From positions 32,001-96,000 of the forward strand of contig JBHIAH010000004.1 of assembly GCA_046758505.1 (NCBI GenBank): a stretch of 64,000 nt of DNA, written 5' to 3'. Position numbers and translations under genes: made by a program. This stretch comes from Candidatus Methylomirabilales bacterium (GTDB lineage Bacteria > Methylomirabilota > Methylomirabilia > Methylomirabilales > CSP1-5). A model generated the notes under the pieces. That model did no database searches, was not told the DNA's origin, and worked only from the letters and a program-made list of their open reading frames with translations. How positions within the stretch are numbered: position 1 is the first letter of the stretch; each line of letters begins with the position of its first letter. Shown here piece after piece: positions 50,795 to 61,029 of this stretch.

Positions 50795-51763
50795 CTACCG
50801 ATACCCCTCTTTCAGGGATCCCCGCCGAGCCATGGCTGCGAGTTGGTTCCATCCCACCTTCTGTTCCAGAAGCTCGGTGTGCGTTTTCACGCTGTACACA
50901 AACGTGTCCAGATACTCGTGCACCTGCGCCTCGGTCGCGAGCGCGTTCAAGCGCTGGATATGCTCGAGGTCCAGCTCGTACCTCCCCGGAACCCCTCCCG
51001 GATACGCCCCAAAGGGGAGGTGGACCACGCCACTCACCAGGAAGTACGGAATTGTCGTCTGTGCCGGTTCCTTCCGAAACTCGAGGGGATCGATGATTTC
51101 CTCGGCGGAGACAATAACCTTTTTCGAGGCCATGGCGGCCTCCAGGGCGAAGAGGTTGGTTCCGAAGATACGGACATTCCCATACATGTCCGCCTGGTGG
51201 ACGTGGACGAGAAAGACATCAGGGTTGAGCGCCGGGACCACGCACACCGGATCGCCGGTGAAGGGATCTTCCACGAGCTTGGCCCCCGACCGCAGAAACG
51301 TATCTGTCCCCAGGAGGTTTCGCATCGGCATAAAGGGAATCCCCCTGGCGCCGGCGAGCATCCGGAAGGCCAGCGCGCCATTGGTCCATTCATAGACCTG
51401 CGCCTTTCCTTCCACGACCGCCCGTCCGATGTAATTGCCGTATCCCAAAAATCCCACGTCGATCCGGTCGGCACACCCCGCCCCCACGAGAAGGGTGGAC
51501 TCGTGCAGCGTGAACTCGGCGCAGATCCAGAGATTCCGCTTGTGCTGTCGGATGATTTCCCGGACCAAGGCCTGTGGGCCCCGCGTCAGGGAAGAAAAAT
51601 CGTAGGCGATATAGTCCCCGTCCGCGACAAACCGTGACACGGCTTCCCCTTCGGTCATCAGCTTTTGCCCCGGTTCCCGACCCTTATGGACCTGCACCCA
51701 CTCCCGAAAGTCGTCCGGATGAATCCAATGGTAGCCGCTCATCCCCGAGGCAGACACCTTCAT
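50795..51763 (-). CDS. Family I CoA-transferase alpha subunit (glutaconate CoA-transferase-like)
   Basis: AGARGIPFMP, DPFTG, PALNPDV..VHV..AD.YGN, PFGAYP. Confidence 0.85.
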   Translation of the reverse strand: MKVSASGMSGYHWIHPDDFREWVQVHKGREPGQKLMTEGEAVSRFVADGDYIAYDFSSLTRGPQALVREIIRQHKRNLWICAEFTLHESTLLVGAGCADRIDVGFLGYGNYIGRAVVEGKAQVYEWTNGALAFRMLAGARGIPFMPMRNLLGTDTFLRSGAKLVEDPFTGDPVCVVPALNPDVFLVHVHQADMYGNVRIFGTNLFALEAAMASKKVIVSAEEIIDPLEFRKEPAQTTIPYFLVSGVVHLPFGAYPGGVPGRYELDLEHIQRLNALATEAQVHEYLDTFVYSVKTHTELLEQKVGWNQLAAMARRGSLKEGYR

Positions 51764-51870
51764 TGACGCACCTCTCCCCCCTGGGCACACGGGTCGCCCG
51801 GAGTCGATTCGCCCCGGCACGAGCGAACATGCGGGATGTGGATTGCGGAATGCTCTGTGATCGACACGGG

Positions 51871-52809
51871 TCAGAGACCGGCTTTTGTGAGCAGTTCCTC
51901 GACTGCTGAATAGGGGTCGAGCTCTCGTCGGGCAATCCGGTCAATCGTCTGCTCGAGTGTTCCGTTGGCGGTCGCTCGCTCCAGCAGATGCCGGGTCACC
52001 TGCTCCTGAAGCAGCTCGAGGAAAAGCGCACGACTCCGTTCCCGCTGTCGCGTCTGCCGCGAGCCCGCTCGGTCCAGGTGGGTCTGATGGACGAGGATTC
52101 CCTCCGCCAGTTCGGCGATGCCCTTTCCCTGAATGGCCACTGTCTTCATAATGGGGGGACTCCAGTCCGAGCGTCCCGGCCCAAGGGCCATCATCGCCTG
52201 GAGCTCCGTCACGGCCTTCTCCGCCCCCTCGCGGTCTGCTTTATTCACCACGAAGATATCAGCGATCTCCAGGATCCCGGCCTTGATGGCCTGAATATCA
52301 TCGCCGAGACCGGGAACGATCACGACCACGGAGGTGTGTGCCGCTTTGACCACCTCCACCTCATCCTGCCCGACCCCGACCGTCTCAATGAAGATCACGT
52401 CTTTCCCCGCGGCGTCGAGCACATTCACCACGTCGTTGGTGGCCTTGGCCAAGCCCCCAAGGTGCCCGCGCGTGGCCATGCTCCTGATAAAGACCCCCGT
52501 GTCGAGACTGTGCCGCTGCATCCGAATGCGATCGGCTAAGATGGCCCCCCCCGTGAAGGGGCTGGTGGGATCTACGGCGACGATTCCCACCTCCCTCCCT
52601 CCCCGTCGAAACTCCTGGGTAAGCTGATCGGTAAGGGTGCTCTTCCCAGACCCCGGAGGACCGGTAATTCCGACAATAAAAGCGCGGCCCGTGAACGGAT
52701 AGATCCCCTTCAGGGCGGATGTTGCCTCGCGGGAATCATCCTCGATGAGGGACATGAGGCGGGCCATCGCCCGGACATCCCCCTGTCGAACTCTTTCACC
52801 GATCTCCAC
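51871..52809 (-). CDS. meaB: Acyl-CoA mutase GTPase chaperone MeaB/ArgK
   Basis: GITGPPGSGKST, AVDPTSPFTGGAILADRIRM, ETVGVGQ, NKAD. Confidence 0.93.
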   Translation of the reverse strand: MEIGERVRQGDVRAMARLMSLIEDDSREATSALKGIYPFTGRAFIVGITGPPGSGKSTLTDQLTQEFRRGGREVGIVAVDPTSPFTGGAILADRIRMQRHSLDTGVFIRSMATRGHLGGLAKATNDVVNVLDAAGKDVIFIETVGVGQDEVEVVKAAHTSVVVIVPGLGDDIQAIKAGILEIADIFVVNKADREGAEKAVTELQAMMALGPGRSDWSPPIMKTVAIQGKGIAELAEGILVHQTHLDRAGSRQTRQRERSRALFLELLQEQVTRHLLERATANGTLEQTIDRIARRELDPYSAVEELLTKAGL

Positions 52810-53215
52810 GCCTCATCTCCGTGTTCGGCACCACTCGCGGCGATGGGAGCCACCACCCCACCGCTTTACGTCACGCACGACATGTAGCACAGCGGTCAAA
52901 CCCTGTCGAGGAGAAATTGGCGCTGCCACCGTTTCCAGGAAGCAATACGCCCGTTTTCTGTGTATTTAAAATATGAAACGATACATCACTGTACTTAATA
53001 CTTTACTTTAGATATACCGCACGGCCCCTCTCTCCATGCCTTACAGCGGTCCGCCGCGCTCACCATACGTCTCTGGCCCTGAGTGTTGAAGGTGGGGGCG
53101 CCACGGCAAGCACGGCCTGCAGACCGTACACTGAGGATCGCGCGCGCCGCGAACCCCGGAGGGTCCGGCCACGTCAAGAAGCTACCGGTAATCCTGGCGG
53201 GAAATGAAGGGCGTG

Positions 53216-53650
53216 CTAGTTCTTGTCGCTCGGTCGAACCCGCCGCACATGGGTTCGAAGAAAATCGATCGCCACCCCTGTGGGAGTCCCTGGCGTAAAC
53301 ACCTGGGCGATCCCCGCCTCCCGTAACGCCGGGATGTCCTCGTCCGGAATCGTCCCCCCGCCGAAGACCAGCACATCATCTACCCCACGCTCTTGCAGGA
53401 GTTCCGCGATCCGGGGAAACAGGTACATATGAGCCCCCGAGAGGCACGAGAGGCCGATCGCATCGACATCCTCCTGAATCGCGGCATTCACGATCATCTC
53501 TGGTGTCTGCCGAAGGCCGGTATAGATCACCTCAAACCCCGCATCCCGGAACGCTCGGGCAATCACCTTGGCCCCGCGGTCATGGCCATCCAGGCCGGGC
53601 TTGGCCACCAACACGCGAATCTTCCGGCCCTCAGTCATCGTTTCGCTCAT
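53216..53650 (-). CDS. Acyl-CoA mutase small (cobalamin-binding) subunit
   Basis: GLDGHDRG (DxHxxG), GLSCLSG, GGTIP. Confidence 0.92.
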   Translation of the reverse strand: MSETMTEGRKIRVLVAKPGLDGHDRGAKVIARAFRDAGFEVIYTGLRQTPEMIVNAAIQEDVDAIGLSCLSGAHMYLFPRIAELLQERGVDDVLVFGGGTIPDEDIPALREAGIAQVFTPGTPTGVAIDFLRTHVRRVRPSDKN

Positions 53651-53927
53651 CGGACGCCACGCTCACCTCTTGACAGATCGCCCCGAAGCCTGGATCGCGT
53701 CCCCAGAGCTCCTGGTCATTGGCCACTTCCGGTCGATACTCTACCCGGACTTCGGGCTCCTCCGACTCGCTCCCAAACAGTGTCCCCTGTTCTGCCTTGG
53801 CCCTCTCCCTGACGCAGGCAGCGATCTCTTCTTCGGTCGGCCGCTCCTCCTTCTCAAAGAGAACCAGATGCGGCTCCAACCTCCCGGTCACCCAGAGATC
53901 AAATCGAACTCCATGTACCTTCCCCAT
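53631..53927 (-). CDS. Small acidic hypothetical protein
   Basis: GGTGAGG SD; lies between the two mutase subunit genes and overlaps the small-subunit start. Confidence 0.55.
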   Translation of the reverse strand: MGKVHGVRFDLWVTGRLEPHLVLFEKEERPTEEEIAACVRERAKAEQGTLFGSESEEPEVRVEYRPEVANDQELWGRDPGFGAICQEVSVASDERNDD

Positions 53928-54034
53928 GTCGCCTCACCCCTCAGCCTGACCGCCGCGGGCGCACCACCGGCCCGAAGCCGCCGGCGTTTTCGACCTATCT
54001 TAAACCGTATTTTCTCCACCAAGTCAACGGGCAA

Positions 54035-55735
54035 TCACAGGACGGACGGTTCAATGTATTCCCCCCACGCCTCCCGAAGGACCCCCATGATCTCTCCGAG
54101 GGTCGCGTAGGCCCGGACCGCATCCAGGATCTTCGGCATCAGCAGGTCTCGATCCCACGGGTCCTTCCCCTCGGCCGCCCTGCGGAGCGCATCCAGCGTC
54201 CGTTCGACCCGGCCGGTATCGCGCCGTCTTTTCAGATGGTGCATCTGCTCCAACTGGCGGTGCGCAGCCTCCTCCGGGTTGATCTGGAGCAAGGGGATCG
54301 ACTCCCCCCCTAGGGCGGCGAACCGGTTGACCCCGACCACGACCCTTTCGCTCGCTTCGACGGCCTGCTGATACCGATACGAGGCATCGGCGATCTCCTG
54401 TTGCGGAAACCCCTTCTCGACCGCCCGCACCATCCCCCCCAGATCATCGATCTTGTGGAGATAGGTCCATACCGCCTCCTCGATCTCCCTGGTCAGGCTT
54501 TCGACAAAGAACGACCCCCCCACGGGATCGATGGTGTCGGTCACGCCCGTCTCGTGGGCGATGATCTGTTGGGTTCGCAGGGCAATTGTGGCCGCCTCTT
54601 CGGTCGGGAGCGCCAGTGTCTCGTCTAGGGCATTGGTATGAAGCGACTGTGCTCCCCCGAGGATCGCCGCCAGGGCCTGGATCGCCACCCGGACGACATT
54701 ATTATACGGCTGCTGGGCCGTCAGGGCGCACCCCGCCGTCTGCGCGTGGGTCCGGAGCAGCCAGGCTCGCGGATCGGCGGCCCCGTACCGCTCTCGCATG
54801 ATCCTGGCCCAAACACGCCTCGCGGCGCGAAACTTGGCGATCTCCTCAAAGAAATCATTGTGGACGTTAAAGAAGAAAGAGAGGCGAGGCGCAAAGCTAT
54901 CCGGGGGGAGCCCCGCCTTCATCGTTGCCTCGACATACGCCATCCCGTCGGCCAAAGTAAACGCCAGCTCCTGGATCGCCGTGGCGCCTGCCTCCCGGAT
55001 GTGATAGCCGCTGATACTGATGGGATGCCACCGGGGGAGATGCCGGGCCCCGAAGAGGACCGTGTCCACCACGAGGCGCATGGACGGCTCGAGGGGGAAC
55101 ACATACTCCTTCTGCGCGATGAACTCCTTGAGAATGTCGTTTTGCAGGGTGCCGCCGATGCGGTCATAGGGGACCCCTTGTTTTTCGCAGACCGCCAGAT
55201 ACATCGCCCAGAGAACCGCTGCGGGCGAGTTGATGGTCATCGAGGTGGTCACGCCACCCAGGGGGATGCGGTCGAACAGGGTCTCCATGTCCGCCAAAGA
55301 GTCAATGGCCACCCCGCACTTTCCCACCTCGCCGCGGGCCATGGGATGGTCGGAGTCGTACCCCATGAGCGTCGGCAGATCAAAGGCCACCGACAGACCG
55401 GTCTGCCCCTGCTCCAACAGATAGGTGAACCGTCGATTCGTTTCCTCGGGGGTCCCGTAGCCCCCGAACATGCGCATGGTCCAGAGCTTGCCGCGATACA
55501 TGGTCGGATAGACTCCCCGCGTAAAGGGATAATCGCCCGGGAACCCCAGGTCGCGGGCATAGTCGAAGTCGGAGAGATCCAGAGGCGTATAGAGCCGTCG
55601 AATGGGATGCCAGGACACCGTACTGAACTCGCGCGCCCGCTCGGGGACCCTCGCCAGCGCGGGATGGAGGGTCTGCTCCTCCCATGACTTTCCTGCCGCC
55701 TCGACCCCCTTCATTGCGTCTCCATCACTCGCCAT
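54035..55735 (-). CDS. Acyl-CoA mutase large subunit, isobutyryl-CoA-mutase-type signature
   Basis: [46 protein letters not shown]. Confidence 0.88.
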   Translation of the reverse strand: MASDGDAMKGVEAAGKSWEEQTLHPALARVPERAREFSTVSWHPIRRLYTPLDLSDFDYARDLGFPGDYPFTRGVYPTMYRGKLWTMRMFGGYGTPEETNRRFTYLLEQGQTGLSVAFDLPTLMGYDSDHPMARGEVGKCGVAIDSLADMETLFDRIPLGGVTTSMTINSPAAVLWAMYLAVCEKQGVPYDRIGGTLQNDILKEFIAQKEYVFPLEPSMRLVVDTVLFGARHLPRWHPISISGYHIREAGATAIQELAFTLADGMAYVEATMKAGLPPDSFAPRLSFFFNVHNDFFEEIAKFRAARRVWARIMRERYGAADPRAWLLRTHAQTAGCALTAQQPYNNVVRVAIQALAAILGGAQSLHTNALDETLALPTEEAATIALRTQQIIAHETGVTDTIDPVGGSFFVESLTREIEEAVWTYLHKIDDLGGMVRAVEKGFPQQEIADASYRYQQAVEASERVVVGVNRFAALGGESIPLLQINPEEAAHRQLEQMHHLKRRRDTGRVERTLDALRRAAEGKDPWDRDLLMPKILDAVRAYATLGEIMGVLREAWGEYIEPSVL

Positions 55736-55793
55736 CGAATGCTCTCCTCCGCCCGGTCGAAAGCCTCCTCGGCCTTGTGACCTTCCAAAGCGG

Positions 55794-56717
55794 TCACCCG
55801 TATCGGGAAACGGTTCTGACGGCGTTCTCCGGCACTGGCCCCGGGAAGAGTTCCGGATGGACCAGGTGGGCCAGGACCTCTATTCCCTCCACCAGACGGG
55901 GCCCGGATCGACTGTACAAGGCGTGCCCATTCACGGCAAACACCCGGCCGCACCGCACCGCGGGGAGCCCAGCCCAGCCCGGGAGTCCGGTCAGGAGGTG
56001 GATTTCGCCGAGAACCCGTTCCACGCTGAAGCCGCAGGGCATCAGAATCAGGACCGCCGGGGCAGCGGAGAGCACCTGCTCCCATGCGACGCGTCGGGAG
56101 GGCGCCCCAGGATTTCCCAGGACCTCGGTCCCTCCCGCCAGGGCGACCATCTCGGGGATCCAGTGTCCCGAAACCATCACGGGATCGAGCCACTCCAGGC
56201 ACACGACCGTGGGCCGGGTTGGGGCCTTCGCCGCCCCCTGCGTGACACGCTCGATCCGCGCCTGAAGCGATGCGACAACTTTCTCCGCCTCTCCGAGGCG
56301 TCCCGTGGCTTCCCCGACCCGCGAGACATCGGTCAGCACATCGTCGAAGCATTGCGGATCGAGGGAAAGGATCTCCGGTTTTCGCAGAAGGGTTGCCGCC
56401 GCCGCCACGACCTCCCGGTACGGGGCCGCACACACCTCGCAAAGCTCCTGGGTCAGGATCAGATCGGGATCGGCCGCCTCCAGGGCCTCGCGATCGATCC
56501 GATAGATCCCCTCACCACGTTCCAGAAACGTCCTGACCCGTGTGTCAATTTCCCGGCTGGTCGACCCAGAACTCGCGATCGCCGACTTGATGATCTTGGG
56601 CTTGCCACGGGCCGCCGGGGGGTAATCACACTCGTGACTCACCCCGACGAGCTGCTCTCCCAATCCTAGCAGATACACGATCTCGGTCGCACTAGGCAAT
56701 AAAGAGACGACCCGCAT
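55794..56717 (-). CDS. BtuF-like cobalamin/metal-binding protein lacking a signal peptide
   Basis: [35 protein letters not shown]. Confidence 0.8.
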   Translation of the reverse strand: MRVVSLLPSATEIVYLLGLGEQLVGVSHECDYPPAARGKPKIIKSAIASSGSTSREIDTRVRTFLERGEGIYRIDREALEAADPDLILTQELCEVCAAPYREVVAAAATLLRKPEILSLDPQCFDDVLTDVSRVGEATGRLGEAEKVVASLQARIERVTQGAAKAPTRPTVVCLEWLDPVMVSGHWIPEMVALAGGTEVLGNPGAPSRRVAWEQVLSAAPAVLILMPCGFSVERVLGEIHLLTGLPGWAGLPAVRCGRVFAVNGHALYSRSGPRLVEGIEVLAHLVHPELFPGPVPENAVRTVSRYG

Positions 56718-56734
56718 GCCCCACCTCCGGTGGG

Positions 56735-56803
56735 GGTTCAGCGTTCAGGGTTGAAAGAATGCTTCGGTCTCTTCGACAGACCATGAACCGTGAACTATGA
56801 ACC
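56735..56803. repeat. Inverted heptamer-repeat element (GGTTCAG-type)
   Basis: GGTTCAG CGTTCAG GGTTGAA ... ATGAACC GTGAACT ATGAACC. Confidence 0.75.
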
Positions 56804-56804
56804 A

Positions 56805-58778
56805 TCACAGGGCGCGCACCACCAGCTCGGCCAGGTCCAAGGCCTTGACCGCCTGGCTCTTCCCGCGCACCGTGATCCCATCCGTCATCATGGTCAGGCA
56901 AAAGGGGCAGGCGGTGGCCACGACGGCCGCGCCGGTTCGTAAGAACTCATCCGTCCGCTCCAGATTCACGCGCCTGCCGATCCGCTCCTCGACCCACATC
57001 AAGCCGCCCCCCGCCCCACAGCAAAATCCTTGCTCGCGGCATCTGGGCATCTCCCTCTGCTGCAGGCCCGGAAAGTGATCAATCACCGACCGGGGCTCAT
57101 CGTAGATGCCGTTGTGGCGGCCCAGATAGCAGGGATCATGAAAGCTTACCGTCCCGCTAAACCGCTTCCGCAGGCCCAGGTGCCCCTCGCGCAGCAGGTG
57201 GGCAATGAATTGGCTGTGATGGACAACCTCGAACGTTCCGCCGAACTGGGGATACTCGTGCCTGAGCGTATTAAAACAGTGGGGGCAGGTGGTCAGGATC
57301 TTTTTCACCTGGTACCGACCCAGGGTCGTAATGTTCTCCTGGGCCAGGAGTTGAAAGAGATACTCATTCCCAATCCGTCTGGCCGGATCTCCGGTGCACC
57401 GCTCTTCGTTGCCGAGGATGGCAAACTCGACCCCTGCCGCCTCCAACACCCGTACCATCGCCCGCGTCACCTGCTGGCCGCGCTCGTCAAAGGCACCCGC
57501 GCAGCCGACCCAGTACAGGAGGTCTACCTCCCCGAGCTTTGCCGCCTCGGGAATCCGAAGGCCTTTTGCCCAGTCGGTCCGTCCGGCACTCACCCCCTTA
57601 TAGGGGTGCCCCCGCGTCTCCAGGTTCCTGAGGGTCTCCTGCATCTGTTCCGGGAATCTCGCCTCCTCCATCACCAGGTGACGGCGCATATCCAGGATCT
57701 TGGGGATCGGTTCGATGAGGACCGGACACGCCTGATGACAGGCCCCACACGTCGTGCAGGACCAGAGGACATCCTCGGCGATCACCTCGCCAACCATGCG
57801 CCGCGTCTCCTCGCCGCGGTGGACCTTGATCAGATGGTCCCGCAGGTCGAGGATGACTCCCTTCGGCGTGAGGGGCTTCGCCGTGGCCCAGGCGGGACAG
57901 GCAGCCTGGCATCGCCCGCATTCGGTGCAGGCATAGAGATCCAAGAGGGCCTTCCACGAAAAATCCTGGATCGTAGAGGCCCCCAGTCGCTCTTCCTCGA
58001 CGGCCAGCGGCGCCAGGATGCCGGAGGGCTCGAGGTTTCGAAGGAAGATGTTGACGGGAGCGGCCAGGAGATGAAAGACGCCCGTATACGGAATGGCTGC
58101 CACGAAACCAAAGGAAAGCGCGGCGTGCACCCACCAGAGGACCTGGTGAAAGGCCCGGGCATACTCGACCCCCACCCCCCGGAAGAGGAGAGCCGCAAAC
58201 CACCCGCCGGGGGAAAAGGGCCCCCAGGGATCAGCGGTCGCCTCAATTCGGAGCCCCTCCACGAGGAATCCGGTCACCAGAACCGCTAAGAACAAGAGGA
58301 GGAGCCACCCGAACCCGTCAGATCCCCGGGGCTCCACGAGACGAGCGGGGGGGCGAAGGAACCGCCGGGCAACAGCCATGAGGGTCCCGAGGACGGCTGC
58401 CACGCCGAAGAGATCCACGGTGAGGGACATGAAGTAGAGATAGAAAGGGCCCTCGAGGACCGGGAGGCCAAAATACTCCTCGAAGGCCACGAGGGTGGTG
58501 GCAACAAACAAGATCAGAAATCCCCAGGAGAGGGTGAGATGCATGAGGCCTGCATATCTCTCCTGGGCAATCCGCCGCTGCAAGAAGGCCTGCTCCGTCA
58601 GGGCCTTCAGGCGGCCTTTCAAGCGACCGATCCGCACCCCTCGTGTGCCGAGCAGGAGGGCTCCCCAGACGCGATAGCAGCCGTACAGGAAAACGGCGAG
58701 GAAAGGGAGGAACAGGATGTACAGGAACAGGTGCTCTGGAATGTTCCAGTAGATCTCCCGCCCCGGCAACTGTTGCAT
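56805..58778 (-). CDS. Membrane-bound heterodisulfide-reductase-like Fe-S oxidoreductase (HdrF/FadF/DUF224-type)
   Basis: N-terminal TM domain with His residues, CTECGRC...CP and CTTCGAC...CP, two CCG domains (TTCPHC; CCGAGGG/ACPFC). Confidence 0.88.
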   Translation of the reverse strand: MQQLPGREIYWNIPEHLFLYILFLPFLAVFLYGCYRVWGALLLGTRGVRIGRLKGRLKALTEQAFLQRRIAQERYAGLMHLTLSWGFLILFVATTLVAFEEYFGLPVLEGPFYLYFMSLTVDLFGVAAVLGTLMAVARRFLRPPARLVEPRGSDGFGWLLLLFLAVLVTGFLVEGLRIEATADPWGPFSPGGWFAALLFRGVGVEYARAFHQVLWWVHAALSFGFVAAIPYTGVFHLLAAPVNIFLRNLEPSGILAPLAVEEERLGASTIQDFSWKALLDLYACTECGRCQAACPAWATAKPLTPKGVILDLRDHLIKVHRGEETRRMVGEVIAEDVLWSCTTCGACHQACPVLIEPIPKILDMRRHLVMEEARFPEQMQETLRNLETRGHPYKGVSAGRTDWAKGLRIPEAAKLGEVDLLYWVGCAGAFDERGQQVTRAMVRVLEAAGVEFAILGNEERCTGDPARRIGNEYLFQLLAQENITTLGRYQVKKILTTCPHCFNTLRHEYPQFGGTFEVVHHSQFIAHLLREGHLGLRKRFSGTVSFHDPCYLGRHNGIYDEPRSVIDHFPGLQQREMPRCREQGFCCGAGGGLMWVEERIGRRVNLERTDEFLRTGAAVVATACPFCLTMMTDGITVRGKSQAVKALDLAELVVRAL

Positions 58779-58781
58779 AGT

Positions 58782-59762
58782 CTACTCCCCCATCAACGCC
58801 CGGCACTTGGCGATCAAAGGGGGGAGGACGGCCTTGTAATCACCCACGATCCCCAGGTGAGCCACCTTGAAGATGGGGGCTTCTGGATCTGAATTAATGG
58901 CCACGATCGTCTTGGCGCCCGTGATCCCGGCCACATGCTGGGTGGCCCCGGAAATGCCCACCGCAATGTACAGATCGGGGCTCACCGTTTTTCCGGTCTG
59001 CCCCACCTGCATGGAGGAGGGAACCCATCCGGCATCGGTGGCAGCCCGAGATGCGCCCACCGCTCCCTTGAGGAGCCGGGCCAGTTCCACCAGCAGGTTG
59101 AAATCCTCGGGGCCCCCGAGTCCCCGACCGCCCGAGACCACCGCTGGCGCGTCCTCGAGCTTCACGCCCGTGGATTCCTCCTGCACCCGCTCCACCAGGC
59201 GGGTGCGGGCCAGACCGGGATTTAGGGGAACCTCTACCGAAATTTCCTTCCCCTGCTCTTCGCCCGCCGGCGCCGCCGGGTCGAAGGTCCGCGGCTTCAC
59301 GGTCACCACCACCGGGAAGGTTCTTGGCACCATGGTGGCCATGGCCTTCCCCCCGTACGCCTGGCGGTGAAAGCGGGGAATCTTGTCTGCCTCCGCCACG
59401 TCCATGTCAACCACCTCCGTGACGATCCCTCCCTGCAGGCGAAACGCCAGGCGCGCCGCAAGATCCCGCCCCAGAGAATCGCCGGGGAGAAGGAAGACCC
59501 GGGGATCAGCGGTCTCGGCCATCCGCTCCAGGGCCGCGAGGTGAACATCAGCCTGATACTCTTTCAAGAGGGGATGGTCCACCCGATAGACGGTGTCGAT
59601 CCCGTAGCCATAGAGGGCAGCGCCGTCCCCGTGGCCGAGCAGGCCGGCACACACCGGTTCTTGCAGCCCCTGGGCGAGCTGTTGGGCACCCCCCAAGAGC
59701 TCCAGGGTCGTCCGGGATGGAACCCCATTTTCGATCTTGGCAAGCACGAAGATGCCTGGCAT
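58782..59762 (-). CDS. etfA: Electron transfer flavoprotein alpha subunit
   Basis: VSGGRG, GASRAA, QVGQTG, GISGATQH, AINSD. Confidence 0.93.
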   Translation of the reverse strand: MPGIFVLAKIENGVPSRTTLELLGGAQQLAQGLQEPVCAGLLGHGDGAALYGYGIDTVYRVDHPLLKEYQADVHLAALERMAETADPRVFLLPGDSLGRDLAARLAFRLQGGIVTEVVDMDVAEADKIPRFHRQAYGGKAMATMVPRTFPVVVTVKPRTFDPAAPAGEEQGKEISVEVPLNPGLARTRLVERVQEESTGVKLEDAPAVVSGGRGLGGPEDFNLLVELARLLKGAVGASRAATDAGWVPSSMQVGQTGKTVSPDLYIAVGISGATQHVAGITGAKTIVAINSDPEAPIFKVAHLGIVGDYKAVLPPLIAKCRALMGE

Positions 59763-59765
59763 CGC

Positions 59766-60563
59766 TCACATCACCTTTCGCTCTCGGAGTTTCGTGATCA
59801 GCGTCGCGACCTGCTCTTCCGGCTCTCCCTCCAGCAGCTCGCAGCGAGACTCTCGCGTGGGAACGGTGAGCTCCTGAAGCTCCACCCGTGCTGCCGTCGC
59901 GCCCAGGCCTTGGGCCTCGAGGCCAATGTCGCCGAGCGACCACGTCGGGATGGGTCTGCGAGAGGCCGTCATGATGTCTTTCACTTTCGGATATCGGGGA
60001 ACATTTGACTCGTGACTTACGATAGTCAAGAGGAGCGGTGGTGTCCCCTCCCAGATCTCGTGGCCCTCCTCCACGACGCGCTGGGCCCGTATCCGACCGT
60101 TCTGTCGATCCACCCGGGAGACATAGGTGAGACAGGGAATCTGGAGCGCCTCGGCCAGCGTGGGTCCAACGATCCGGTCGGCCCAGTCCCCGGACTCGCA
60201 GCCGCACAGGACCAGATCTGCCCGGCCGAGTTTTTCCGTCCCCCGGGCCAACGCCGTGGCGACCGCGAAAGCATCGCATCCCACGAGGGCCGGATCGCTG
60301 ATCAAGGCAGCCTCGTCCGCGCCCATGGCCAGCCCTTTCCGAAGTGCGCTCACGGCCGATGCCCCCCCGACGCTCAGCACCGCCACGTGACCGCTGGTTT
60401 GCTCTTTGAGCTGCAGCGCCACCTCAAGGGCATTTTCATCGTAGGGGCTGATGACGAGGGGGTGCCCATTCGGTTGCTGCCGCTTTGACGCCGGATCAAT
60501 CTTGAACTGACTGACGGGAAGCTCGGGATCGATGATCTGCTTGAGACAGACGACGATGCGCAT
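59766..60563 (-). CDS. etfB: Electron transfer flavoprotein beta subunit
   Basis: IVVCLKQ, PYDENALE, LAMGAD, PRYP. Confidence 0.92.
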   Translation of the reverse strand: MRIVVCLKQIIDPELPVSQFKIDPASKRQQPNGHPLVISPYDENALEVALQLKEQTSGHVAVLSVGGASAVSALRKGLAMGADEAALISDPALVGCDAFAVATALARGTEKLGRADLVLCGCESGDWADRIVGPTLAEALQIPCLTYVSRVDRQNGRIRAQRVVEEGHEIWEGTPPLLLTIVSHESNVPRYPKVKDIMTASRRPIPTWSLGDIGLEAQGLGATAARVELQELTVPTRESRCELLEGEPEEQVATLITKLRERKVM

Positions 60564-60729
60564 TACTCCTCCCGGGAGCGCGTTGATGAGGTGCTGCCGT
60601 GTGCGGGCAGCCGTCCCCGTGGGGATTACGGATTGATGTCATCCGTGAAAAACCGTGGGACCGGAAACAAAGATGCCGGAAAGGGAGAGCAGATGTCAAG
60701 GGACTTTCGTTCCGTTGGGCGCAACGGAA

Positions 60730-61005
60730 CTACGCCCCGCCGGCGATGGCAGGGACGATCGAGACGTGGTCCCCCGGTTTCAGCGGGGTGGCGGTTCCCT
60801 GGAGGAACCGGATGTCCTCATCGTTCACATAGATATTGATGAAACGGCGGATATCCCGCCCGTCACACAGCCGTTCTTTCAACCCCTTATACCGTGTCTC
60901 CAGGTTCTCAATGAGATCCTGAACGCAGCCCCCTTCTCCCTGCACCTCGGCCTGCCCCTGGGTCAGGGTCCGGAGGGGTGTCGGAATCCGGACGAGGACG
61001 CTCAT
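60730..61005 (-). CDS. MoaD/ThiS/CysO-like ubiquitin-fold sulfur carrier
   Basis: [29 protein letters not shown]-terminus. Confidence 0.9.
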   Translation of the reverse strand: MSVLVRIPTPLRTLTQGQAEVQGEGGCVQDLIENLETRYKGLKERLCDGRDIRRFINIYVNDEDIRFLQGTATPLKPGDHVSIVPAIAGGA

Positions 61006-61029
61006 GGTTTCCTCCGTATCGCTTGCCGA

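Noticed and set aside
56718..56804. Cobalamin riboswitch upstream of the BtuF-like gene
   Set aside because: The spacer is under 90 nt, has no B12-box motif and is occupied by the heptamer element
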